DNA from: Bilabrum cf. latius
Lineage: Eukaryota
DNA: 64,000 nucleotides
Direction of reading: 5' to 3'
Assembly (NCBI GenBank): GCA_965178125.1
Contig: OZ237761.1
Coordinates: 744,001 to 808,000 of the forward strand
Shown: positions 37,577 to 49,282 of the stretch, one piece after another
Position numbering within the stretch: the first letter of the stretch is position 1
Layout of the letters: every line of letters begins with the position of its first letter
Program-made: the position numbers and the translations under genes
The notes under the pieces: model-generated
The model's database searches: none
Seen by the model: only the letters and a program-made list of their open reading frames with translations
Told to the model about the DNA's origin: nothing

Positions 37577-38606
37577 TGACGAGGAGAAGGGGAAGCAGGA
37601 TATGGACGAGCACGGGGATAAGAACGATGATGTTGGTGCCTCGTCTCTCTCCAGCACGGCTCAGTTCGAGAGCTTGATGGCATCGGCGCAGGCAGTGGCA
37701 CAGGCGCAGCGGGAGGCAGCCGCGCTGCTAGCCGAGCAGGGCGGGGCTGCGCGTGCTGGGGCGGGCGCCGCTCGAGCTGAGGCACCCAGTCGGATGCTTG
37801 CCGAGTCTGATCCAGCCGAGTCGTCATCCGTGTCAGTACGGGGGTGGCGCAGCGCCGGTGAGGGTATTCCGGCCCTCTCACGGTCGGTGGAGAGTCTGGC
37901 AGCAGTGCTTCAGGCGCTCGGGTCCGTGGAAGGGGCCCAAGAGGGAGAGGCGTCTTCATCGGGGCTGCATGCCGGCGGGGACAGCTCCGTGCAGGAGGAT
38001 ACGGCTGCTGCAGATGCGCTCCTCACCACCGTGGAGGCCGCGGCCATGCGCCTGCTGTCCGCCTCTCGATCGACGAGGGCCCGCCTGCACCTCGGGACGA
38101 CCCTGAGGGATGGCCCGGCAGCTGGAGGGGCAGGCATGGGGGTCACTGCCCAGGGGTAGGGTGGAGAGGCCCTGGCAGGAGTCCCACGCAGAGAGGACGC
38201 CTCCATGCTTTCGGAGGCGGCACCCAGCGTGCGGCTCGGGGCCGGAGTGGCGGCGCACTCAGTGGTGCTGCCGACTGGATCTGCTTCGGGACCGGACGCG
38301 GCCCACGGCCCGGGAGCCACCGTGATTGCGGCGGGTGGGGGAGACGGCAACGATCGCCTGAGCCTTAGCGTGAGTGCAGGAGGGGGCACGGGGGTGTCTA
38401 GCACGGTGCAGATCGACATGGGCTCCATCGTGCAGCAATGCAGCAGCATGATCGCAAGGGCTGTGGCGCAGCAGATGCAGCAGGGCACCTTTGGGGCTAT
38501 GCCAGGCGAATCGCAGATATTGCACGGCGCATCCATGGGCGCCGAGAGCCTGCACGCATCCGGGGTGCTGGAGGATGAAGGAAGGGAGGAGGAGGAAGAG
38601 GCCTGA
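31999..38606 (+). CDS. WDR62: WDR62/MAPKBP1-family WD40 protein, ~2170 aa, one intron (32080-32174)
   Basis: LQLEEVNGLT...LAINPATGWVAYAAGCVLVTYDP; VALDPSGLFVAVASMDKVVRLFDFHSEQCLARVSAHADQVTSLAFTHDCRRLVSTDAAGCFMVWRL. The tail continues in frame through TAG 36027, 37422 and 38157. Ends TGA. Confidence 0.85.
37536..37574 (+). repeat. (CAG)13 poly-Gln tract in the WDR62-like tail
   Basis: 13 uninterrupted CAG codons. Confidence 0.95.
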
Positions 38607-38789
38607 TTCCGGAGGAGTTTGAGGGGAATGTGTCCATGGTCTGTCGATGGATTGTTTCTCTGTGTGTTGTGCAATCCAAAATTTGAAAGGTCGGATCCCC
38701 AAATCCTCTCGGAAAGCAGAGACGCTTAGATTTTCAGATGAAGTGCTGTCCGCGTACAAATTAACCCATTAATCCTGGACGTACCCGTT

Positions 38790-41700
38790 TCAGTAGCCGC
38801 CCCCAGTGGCCGCGGTCTTGGCCGTGCCCGAGGTGCCCGGCCGCGAAGATCTGCCAGTCTTCCAGCCAGCGCTCCCACGGCCATATGCGCCCCCTTCCTC
38901 TTCTTGCTCCCGCTGCCTCTTGGACTCCTCCTCGGTGAATGGCTCGAACGTCCTGGGGTTCACACCGATGCGCTTGTCCCGCGCCCGCATCCCAATGACG
39001 TTGGTCACGAGATCATCCGCCCCCCTGTCCAGCAGGAAGTCCACCGAATCGCCCAGGATGTCGGACACCTGGCAGTAGTGCAGCGGGGTGTTGCCCCACT
39101 TGTCGCGGGCGTTCACGTCTGCCCCGTATCGCAGCAGCACTCCCATCATGCGCACGTTGCTGGTCATGGCAGCGTAGTGCATGCACGTGCGGAGGCTGCC
39201 GAACCCCTTGCCGCCCTGCGTCTCGGTCTCATTCGGATCGAAGCCAGCGGCCAAAGCGGCCTCCACCCGCTGCACGCGACCCGCGCGGGTCATGGCCACC
39301 ACGACGTTCGTCTTGGGCTTGCGGCCATCCGGCATCTCAGGATCTGCGTCCAGCCGTCGGTCCTGAGGGGCCCGTCTGCGAGCAAGCGCGCCGCTACCCT
39401 CGTTCGAGGCGGGGGGCACGTACTGCCGTGACTTGAACTGCCGGCGGCGCAGCTCTGCCGCGGGGTCCTCTTTGCTGGCAAGGGGTGGCGCGAGCCTCTG
39501 CCTCGCCACGTTAATGGCCCTAACCGCTGACTCGCTCTCAACGCCCAGCACGTCCCGCATGTCCTCGGGGCGGATGCGCAGCAGCTGCACACCGTCGATC
39601 CCGGCCTCTTCGAAGTTGGGTGCATACTTGGAGTACCCGATGGCTTCCAGCCAGAAAATGACGTGCTTTGCCCCCCACCGCTGCACGTCGACAGGTAGGT
39701 CCTCGGCGTAGCTCCTGGCCCTGGCCTGTTGCACGGCGCGCTGCACCGTCATGCCGTCTCCCCTGCCCTGTGCCATCTCGAGCGAATCGATGCTGGCCCG
39801 GTCGTCGTCGTCCTCCAGCAAGCCCTGCCTGGCCTTGGCGCGCCGCTGCCTCTAGGCCGCAGACTAGATCCGCTTCTGCTCCTGCATCATGCCCTCGTTC
39901 TCCTCCTGCCTCGCCATCTGCACCCGTTCGTGGTCGCCCCGCGGAGTCAGTCCCGTGGGCAAGAAGTGACCCTTGTGCGTGGCGGGCAGCGGCACCACGC
40001 GCGTGGTCCCAGTCTTGAATGATATGTCCACGCCCGCGGTCCTCTCGGCATACCGCAGGCCAGACCCCGCGGCCACGTCCAGCAGCGTCGTCGCTCCCAG
40101 CGCGAGCTCTCGAGGGTCCCCGGGCGCTCGCACCGCCTCCTTCTTCTCTCTCTTCTTGATCTTCTCGGCCGCCTCGAGCTCTTGCTTCCTCCTCAACTCG
40201 TCCTCCTTCCGCTGCTGCTTCTCGGCGCGGTTGAGCCGGGCCTTGCGCGTGCGCCCATCCCGCCCCCGCACCAGCTTGAAGTCTTTCTCCTCCGCAGTGG
40301 TAAGCCGGACCTCTCGCTGGGACAGAGCAGAGCCCATGCTCCCGTCCTCCAGCAGCAGCGGGCCCGCCCCTGCGCTGCTCATGGACCCGCCCTCCAGAGC
40401 AGCCCTCTGCCTCGTCCCACCCCTGCTGCCCTGCCTGCTCTCGCCCGCACGCACCGCCTCAAGCCGCAGCTTCTCCTACCTCTCGCTCTCCAGCGCCCGC
40501 ACGCGCACCCGTTGCATCGTCTCCACCTCGGTGGCGTTCGGCACGGCGGGCACGGGAAGCGGCAGCCGCAGGGGCGGGTCCAGCCCCTCCACGTAGTTGG
40601 GCGGGTCACGGCCGAAGCCCAGCACCCGCATGGCGGCGTCCTCTTGCAGCACCCGCGCCATCACGCCGCCAGCGGTAGCCTTGTCTGCACCCGCGTGCGT
40701 GGACGAGTCCACGGTGCCTCCTCCGCTGGCGAACTCGAGGGCCCTCATCTGCGCCCCCGCTCTGCCGTCCTGCACGGCAGACATGATGGCCAGCCCGGCC
40801 ACGAAGTGCGGCGTAGCCTGCCCAACGTACCGAGTCACCTCCCGCTCGGCCACGGCAGCCGCCAGCCCGCTCTGCCTCTCGGCCGCAGCCGCCAGTGCTT
40901 TCTGCGCGCCCTCGATCGCGGCGATGGCGGCCTTCCTGGCGGCGAGCTCCAGAGCCGCCTGTCTGCCGTCCACCATGGTCCTGAACTCGGTCTGCTGCTG
41001 CTCGATGAGGCTCAGGATCCCGTCGGCCAGCCGGCTGCTCTCCCTCTCCCTCCTCCTGGCGTCTCTGGACAGCTCCTTGGCCTGCTTGTCCAGCTGTGCG
41101 CACGCGCTCTCCAGCGCCTTGACCTGCTGCTGCGCCGCGTGCTGCCTGCCTCGCGAAGCGTTGAGCAGCCGCTGCTGCTCTGACCTCCTCATCCTCAGCG
41201 CCAGCTGCACCTCGAACCTTTCCTCCTCCCTGGCCGCGATCTTGGCACGCAGCGCCCCCGCCTCTGCCTTCTCCTCCACGGACTGTGGGTTCGACAGCAC
41301 CTGCAGCCGCCCCGCCCGCTCGATGCTGGCCTCCTCGTCCTGCCTCTGCTCCTCCATGGACCGTCCCACGCCCCCTCCGATGGAGCCCTCGAGACCCATC
41401 TGCTTCGCAAGGCGACTCATGTCCCGCAGCGCGTCCCGTCGAGCCTCCTGAGCCGAAGCACCGCCGCCACTGCCGGCCCTCATCTGCCTCTCCCTGTACT
41501 CGAGCCGCTCGATCGCGCGCTTCACCGTTGTCGCATCCCTGCTCATCTCGTCCAGCTCGTTGGCGAGCGACTCTGCCTGCGCCGCATCACGCTGCACCCG
41601 CCTCAGGTCCTTCCGCGCCAGCCTGAGCCTCTTCCGGAGCCGGTCCAGCCGCGCATCCGTCCTCATCTGCGCCCTCCGCAGCAGCGCCACGCTCGCCTTG

Positions 41701-44700
41701 TGGCGCGTGAAGGCCTGCTGCTGCTCGTCCAGCAGCTTGACACCCACCTCCAGCCGCTCCTCCCCCGTGGGCGCCGACTTCCACCTCCTCCTCTCCTTCG
41801 CCCGCCTCCGCCCCTGCAGCCCCCTGTAGCACCGCTGCACGGTCCCTGCCGCCAGGTGCGCCTGATGCAGCTCCTCGTACCCTCGCCTCGCCTAGAAGCC
41901 CCGCCACACCCTCCCGATGTCCGTGGCGGCTTTGTTCCGGAGCCGAGCCGCGTCACGCCGCTGCTTCCTTGCCCTGGCCATGCGCCTCCCGAGGTGTCCC
42001 CTGTAGCACCGCTGCACGTCCTGCGCCGCCCTCAGGTACCGGAGGGCACGCGCGTTGCAGCGGCCCACGTACCCTCTGTAGCACGACTAGATCTTGCCCG
42101 CCACGCGGTCCAGAAAGTGCCTCCGCAGCTTCCGCATGCGCTCCCGGTGCACCTAGAGCCTCCCAAAGTGCCCCTTGAGGTGAGCCTGTATGACCACGGC
42201 CGCTCTGTTCTGGCGGTCCATCATCAGGAGGTATAGCCGGCGGGCGATGGCCTTCTGTCTCCCCATGACGCCCCTCCAGATGGCCTGGATGGCGATGGCG
42301 GCCGCATGCCGCAGTGGCCTCTCCGCCTCTGCGATGGCCTCCAGCCGCAGCCGCTCCTTCTCTTGTTCCCTGGCCACCCACACCCCGTGCGCCTGCCGCA
42401 GCTCTTCCTTGACCTGGTCGAAATCGGTCTTCTCGGCGACGGCGAGGGAGGGAAGCGCCTCCGCGGGTTGCGGCCCCACCGCAGTCTTGAGGGTGGACAG
42501 CTCCAGCAGAGAGGCTGCGTTCTCCTTGAGGTCGTCACCTGGGGCAGCCTTGCCGAGGTTGGCACCAGGGGCACTCGGCCGAAGGGACACCCTCCGCACC
42601 GACCCTCGGGACACTGCGTCAGGCCCCGGACCAGGCCCGTCCTGCCCCTCGTCGATCCCGATGAAGCTGTCCCCGCCTGCCACGCTCGCTGCGGTGCCAT
42701 CCGCCGGCCCCGGTCCACTTAGCCCCAGCTCGGCCGCCAGCGAGGCCCTGGAGATCTCCATCCCCTGCAGCGAGAGCCTCCTCCTCACCGCCTTGGGGGC
42801 AGCGCGGATGTCCCTCCGCAGCACCTCCATCTCCTCGGGGCGGACCAGCGGCACCGTGGCGTCCTCGGTAGCCTGCGCTAGGGCAGGGAGGGCGCGCCGG
42901 ACCGCCTTCTCCGTGCGCTCCCGCATGACACCCTGTTCCCTGGCCATGCGCCGCAGCGTGCTGTCCCTCATCTGATCCACCTCCGCCCTCATCCTGGCCA
43001 GCCGGGCAGCGTCCTGTGCCTCCCACCGGGCGCGCCTGGCAGCCTGCTTGACCTCGTTGTTCTTCGCGTGCACCTCCCCCGCTGCCACGGACCGCTCCCG
43101 CATTTGTTCCCTGGAGATGGCTGCTCGCTCGTCGGCGGTCTTGGCGGCCATCATCCGCGCCACCACCGAATTCTCCTTGGACAGCCCCTCCAGGCCGGGG
43201 GGAAGCAGCGCCATCATCCGCGCCACCACCGAATTCTCCTTGGACAGCCCCTCCAGGCCGGGGGGAAGCAGCGCCACGATCCCGCCACCACCGACCCACC
43301 GGCCGCCCATGCCACCAGTTGACATGCGCCTGCCGACTCCCCTGGGTGACTTGCGCGTATCTTTCCTTGCCCCTCCACGTGCGGGGTCACGGCGAGGTCC
43401 TCTTGCCGATACCACCGTGTCAGCGAGCGATGCCGAACGGAAGGCACCCCCTTCCCTCTCTTGGTCCTGGTCTTGGCCTGCGTGGAGCTCCTCATTCTAC
43501 CGCTCTTGGTCTTGTTCCTGCTCTTGCTCCTGCTCCGCACTGGCCCGCGCGCTGTCCCGCCTCCGCTTGGCCTCCTCCATTTGCTGCTCGTGGCGGTCCA
43601 GCTCGCGCTCGAATAAGGACTCCGAGTGGCGCAGACCCGACGCATCGGCGGCATCCTAAACGGACCTGTGCGCCTCTGCAGCACCCGGGGAGGGGGGCAC
43701 CTGCGGCATGGACCCAGACCCCGTAGAGGGTGTGGGCGAGTGCGTGGGAGATGCCAGCCGGGAGGGGGAGGGCGAGCGGGACAGGCGCCTCGCACCCGCG
43801 GCTGCTCCCATGGGCGACAGAGGGGGCTTCGACGATGAAGAGGCCCTGATCGCAGAGTCGTGGCCCCCGCTGCCCGCCTCCACCCCTGCCCACCCATGCA
43901 GAGGGGACAGTCGCGCTGGCCTCCGTCTCGACCCGCCACCTCCGGCTCCCTAGCCTGCGCCTGCGCCTGGCCCGAACGCGGAAAATCCCCCACTTCTTCC
44001 TCCCGGGGTGTCCCCGGCGATTTCTCCTTCTAGTGACAGCACCGACGGCATGTCAAGTGCCCCCTGCTGGCCTCCGTCTAGAAGGTCACCACCCCCCACT
44101 GAGGGGTCGTGCAGGGGGGAGGGACCCCGGCCCAGCTGGGCCACAGAGCGAGCGGCTTGCGCGCGGGGACGCTGGGCGGGCGAAGACCCGCCTTCCCTCT
44201 CCTCTCTGCTGGGCCTGCCGCCGGTTTGACCACCCCCTTGGTCGTGCGCCCCGCCAGGCACCTACGCGGCCCTCATGCGCGCGGCCACCTGTGCAGGGTT
44301 GAGTGACCTCATGGGGTGCGGCACCAGATCGGCATCAGCTGGGGTGGAGCCACCGCGCCCCTGCCCCTGCCCCTGCCCGTGTCCATGACTGGGCGAGGGG
44401 GACCGCCTGCCTCCGCTTATGCTGCTCCTGCGACCGTGCCCTCCTGCCCCGCCGATGCTCCCACGCCGCTTCCCGATTGCTCGCACCCCCGGCCCCTCGT
44501 CCGCTTGGACAGTCCTGCCCTGGCGCCCCCTGCTGGCGTGCTCGTCCGGATGCGCGACCTGCGGGCGCTCCCACCAGGTCTCGAACACGGTCGTGTCCGC
44601 CTGCATCGTGCCGGCGGGCGGGATGAACTGCAGCAGGCTCCCGTTGCCGCCCAGCCCCGACCTCGCCACCGCTCTCCCACCGCCTCCCTTGCCCGTGCCA

Positions 44701-47700
44701 TCGCCCCCCGCCGCCTGGTGTGTCAGGCCCACTGCCTCGTCCCTTGCCTGCGCCGGGTCTGCAAGCACTGCCAGCAGCTGCTGCACCGCCAGCGGGGCCT
44801 CCACCCGCACCTCGTGACCCGCGGCAACCCAGAGCACGCACGCAGGGCTGGGCACAGGCGCGGGACCCACACCCGGAGCCAGACGAGCGGCGCTGCCCTC
44901 CCTTGTTCCCTGGATCGCGAGGGCACCCTCCCGCACCTGCTTGGCGGGGCGCGGGGCCAGCACGTCCGAGACGGCCACCACACCGGCAGGGCCCAGGAGG
45001 AGACCGTCCGTGTCCGCGGATGTGACGGACTGCGGCCCGCCGCGCATCGGACGTGAGGCGATGGCGGCGCGTGCCACGGCCCGCGGGATGCGCCCGTCCC
45101 TCGGCGGCAGCGCGGAGGAGCCCCTGCGGGAGGCGTCCCTGGGCAGTGCCTTCTCTAGGGGCGGCGGCCCTATCCCTGCCCCTGCCTCCTTGGCATCATC
45201 CACACCGGGTAACCCGCTCGCACCACCCGCTTCTTCGTCCACGTCCCCCATCGCATCTGGGTCAGTATCTCCGCGGCGAGTCAGCCCCACGTGCGATTGC
45301 AGGTACAGGTGCCTCTGCGGCCTGGCGGTGACGAGCCCCTCCACGGTCACACCAGCCGGCAGCAGCGAGTTCTCGGTGCCCTGCAGCACCAGCAGGGGGA
45401 GCGCAGACAGGGCCTGGCCCCGCTCCTGCAGCAAGGGCCGGAGGTCGGTCCCCGCCAGCACGCCCTCGCACAGCCGCAGCCTCGCGTCGATAGACTGCGG
45501 CTCGTACGCAGACAGCACCCCTTTGGACACCGCCGATGTGTCCCCTCTAGGGGGACCGTCGTGCCCCTCGAACCGCGCGATCTGTCTCGCCGCCTTGGCC
45601 GCCCCACCGAGGGATCTCACGAACTGGTCGCTCACTAGGAAACGGGAGAAATAGGAAGCTGCCAGCAGGGGCCTGTCCTGCGGGAAGCACGAGAAGACTT
45701 GCTGACTCGCGTGCATTGCCGCTCTGAGCTGAGCGTCCACGAACGCAAACCCGTTCAGCAGCGCCACGGCTTGCAGCCCGCTAGGCCACTCTGACGGAAA
45801 CAGGGCGGAGGTGTCGGCCGATCCACCGGATGCGCTTCTCGATACCGCGGCGGCAGCGGCTTGGGGCGCCAGCAGAGTGCCAAATCTGGCGCACAGGCAC
45901 AGAGCAACGTTGGCGCCAGCCCCCATGCCTAACAAGGTCCACGGCACTGCAGTGCCCGCTGCTTCCCGGCCCAGATCTCCGCCACCCAGCACCTCGGATA
46001 CCTTGGTGGGCGCCTTCTTCCCTCTGCCCTTGCCCCTGCCTCTCCCTTGTGCCTTTGCCCTCCCCTGCCCTTTCCCGCGCCCCCCCCCCCCCCTTCCCGT
46101 TGCCCTCGCCCTCTCTCCTTCCCTTCCCCTGCTAGCCTCCGTCCTCTCCCCCGAGCCTGTGCTTGGAGATGGCCTGGAACTGCCCCGTCCGGCTCACGTG
46201 GGCGAGCAGCTCGGCCACGCAGCCCGCCAGGAACTCGTTGTTCAGCACACGCGGGTCTCCGCCGGGCTTCTGGAACCGACCCGGGTCCTGCCCCTGTCCC
46301 AGACCCATGTCTTTCTCTTTCGTCTCAGAACCAGCCTCGTCACCGCGAGGAGACGACGTGGAGGAGGAGACACCGCTTGCTGGGGCCCACGTGGTGCCAG
46401 GCGCACCCGGCATACTCACCAGCAGCACCCTGCACCTGCGCCGCACCGCCACCGCGCGCATCAGCCCAGCGCTCCTGGGCAGAGCGTCGAACATGTCCCC
46501 CAGCACCACTACATCCCTGGGGCTGGTCCTTGGCACTAGGCCCTCCGTGTGCCTCTCGAAGAAGTCCACCGCGTGGTGGGTGGCGTCCAGATCAGGGTCG
46601 AGCTCACGATCGTCGAGAGGCAGCACGCCGCTCGTGAGACCGATGCCGGCCGAGCTGCGCCGGCGCCCGCGCCTGCCTCTGCTGTCATGCAGCCCCGTAC
46701 TGGACTAGGCACTGGTGCCCGCTTGCCCTCGCCCCTGCTGCTCCCGCTGTGCCAGGGAGGCGGTGGCAGCGAGGGATGGCAGGAGGGGGAGTGTGCCAGA
46801 CCCCCCTGCCAGCGGCCCCCGGGCCCCGCCAGACCGCCGCTTGCCCCTGCCCCTGCCTCCCCTTCCAGCTCTCGCCCCCTTTCTGGCCCCCCGGTCCATG
46901 GCCCGCTGCGCGTCCCCCAGCGCCATCGCCCCCTGCCCTATGGTCGCCCGCACGTCCACCCGAGCAGCCTCCTCGATCGCGCGCTGACGAGCCGCCTGTT
47001 CCCTGGCAGAGGCGGCTGCCGCACGGGCGGCCACACCGGCCCGCACCGCAGCGGCAGTGGCCGCGCCCTCCGGCTCTGGCCCGAGCACCGTGTACAGCAG
47101 CGACGTGGCTCCGTCCGAGCAGGTGAAGCGCCTGGGCTGCAGCAGCGAAGGGGGCAGGGGGGCGTGGACAGCAACCGCAGGGGGCAAGGCGGCGCTGCGG
47201 TGTCGCATGGGCGCCTCCTGTCCTGCACCACCGTGCGATACACCCCTGGGAGCCCCCCTTACTGGGGACAGCAACTGCGACTGGGCCGACTGGACCGATG
47301 GCTTCCTTGGCATTCCGCTGCCCACGCGATCTACGGTGTCGCGTCTGGTGGCGGCCGCGCTTGGGTCGGGGTCGGGACCGCCTGTATCCTTGGCGTGCTC
47401 CGTGGCTAGCGCCCGTGCCCTCTCCACCCGCTCCACGGCGACCACCACTCTTCGGAGCCAGGTCATGGCCCTCGAGGCCTGTGCGGGCAGGGAGGCGGAC
47501 CGGGCGGGCGCGTCCGGGCCCATAGCCGATCGCACCGCCGCGATCCGACTGGGGTCCAACTATCCAGAGAGCTGCGGTATAGTAGGCAGCGAGCTCCGCG
47601 CACCAGACGGTGCTGCTGTCGGAGTCCTTTCCCGTCGAGCTCGCATGCTGAGCAGCGTGTCGGAGGCGTTGGACGCCGAGATTGCAGCTGCGAGCTTCGA

Positions 47701-48090
47701 GCCGATCCTACGAGATGCCCTGGCGACATCTGCATGCTATCGTTTCATCCATGTGCGTGCAGCGTCGTGGGGCAAAGCCTCCCCGAGCATCAGCATTGAG
47801 ATCGCGTGCAGCACCCGCTCCATAGCTTCCGCCTGCGACCCAGCATCAGGCGCCAGGCTTCGTCCATACTATCCAGTACTTTGTGCCAATGATCGTAAGT
47901 CTGACGATCCTATGCCTGCAGCAACTTGTGCCTCAGAGCCTCCCAGATCGCGACTATCACTTTGTCTCTGTCGGTCACTAGACTCCGTGGTGTTTCCCGC
48001 AGCTCCAATCACTGATTTCATTTGATTTCCGGTTGTATTACTGATGTTTACTTCATCTTTACTCTCGATATCGAATTTTTGCTCATCCAT
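38790..48090 (-). CDS. Giant multidomain protein (~3100 aa): degenerate alpha/beta-hydrolase fold, ~6 IQ motifs, coiled coil, SAM domain, ankyrin repeats; apparent 1-nt frameshift at the C14 run 46080-46093
   Basis: Hydrolase-like segments VVVLGDMFD...RVLLVSMPG...WTLLGMGAGANVA...LPLLVLQGTENSLL...AGHEV. IQ motifs at ~41800-42310. SAM domain VQRWGAKHVIFWLEAIGYSKYAPNFEEAGIDGVQLL. Ankyrin repeats RTCMHYAA...GADVNARDKWGNTPLHY. 15 in-frame TAGs. Ends TGA. Confidence 0.8.
43147..43276 (-). repeat. Perfect in-frame 63-bp tandem duplication (ALLPPGLEGLSKENSVVARMM x2)
   Basis: Identical units start at 43147 and 43210. Confidence 0.9.
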
Positions 48091-48244
48091 TGAGGAACCA
48101 AGGTCGATTTCTTTCCCTAGCTTGCCGTTGAACGCCGCGCAATTCTGGCAGGTTCCGCAATTCCAAGCCGGAACCCGCCGGAAGACACGGAAAGTGGAGT
48201 GGGGTCGAAATCGTCCACATTAGGTCGCTGTGCGAGATAGAAGC
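48091..48244. promoter_or_regulatory. Putative bidirectional promoter (IQ-SAM-ANK gene / TPT1)
   Basis: 154 bp between divergent ATGs. Confidence 0.5.
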
Positions 48245-49195
48245 ATGGCAGGATCTGGTCCAGGTGAAGGCAAGAGGCGGCGGCGACGTCCTATGGATCC
48301 CATTACCAAAAAATCGAAAGCCATGACCTACGTTCTCAGGCACCATGCAGAGGAGCTAGGTGTAGCAATGGATGAGGCTGGGTTCGTCCGCGTAGCGGAT
48401 TTATTGGATTCAGAGCCAGTCAAGCGGAACTCAACAACAGAAGCAGATGTTCGCGAGGTTGTGGACAAGGACTCCAAGGGCAGGTTTTAGCTCGCGACTG
48501 CGAGCAAGGACATTGCCGGGCCCGCAGGAACGGAGAAAGGCGAGCTCCTGATTCGGGCCGTACAGGGTCATAGCATCAAAACGGTAGAGGATAAGGCAAT
48601 GATGAGGCTTGTGGACGACCCCGACTCATAGCTCCCGGAGTTGGCGGTGCACGGAACGTTTCCAAAGTGCTTGGACCCCATTTTCGACAAGGGACTGCTG
48701 CGCATGACCAGGCGGCACGTCCACATGCTGCCCAAGGTAGATGGTAAGGCCCTGCGGACAGGCTGCTCGGTCTTGATCGCGGTGGACCTCCGTGCAGCCT
48801 CGAGAGACGGCATCCCCGTGTTCCAGTCCGCCAATGGGTACTTGCTGTCCCCGGGGAAGGGCGAGACAGGGTGCATCCCCCCGCGGTACCTGCGTGCTGC
48901 GCTCAGCAGGAAGACAGGGGCCGTGCTGCGGGGAGAGGCCTGCGTGCTGCGGGCCGATGGGTCTGTGCAGCCAGACCCGCTGGCAGCTGCCGCCCGGGGG
49001 AGCGGCGGCGCGGGTGCGAGTGCTGGTGCGAGTGCTGGTGCGGGTGCAGCCTCTGGTGGCGCGGCGGGGGACGATGCGCCATATGCTTCAGGTAGCAGGG
49101 ATGGTTTGTCGGCCGACCCTAGTGCGGGAAGTGGCATCCTTGGTGGCGGGGCACGTGCGGAATCGAGGGCAGCTGTTGCTGCAGAAGGCACATAA
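48245..49195 (+). CDS. TPT1: tRNA 2'-phosphotransferase (Tpt1/KptA), ~316 aa
   Basis: SKAMTYVLRH...MDEAGFV...DKDSKGRF*L...IRAVQGHS...DS*LPELAVHGT...GLLRMTRRHVH...FQSANGYLLSPG. TAG at 48488 and 48629. Ends TAA. Confidence 0.93.
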
Positions 49196-49282
49196 CCTCC
49201 GTCGTGCGTGATTGAGTAAATCGCGATGAATCGAAGTTGATTCAATATTGAGTCAAGATTGCTGCTCCACTTTCACACATCA

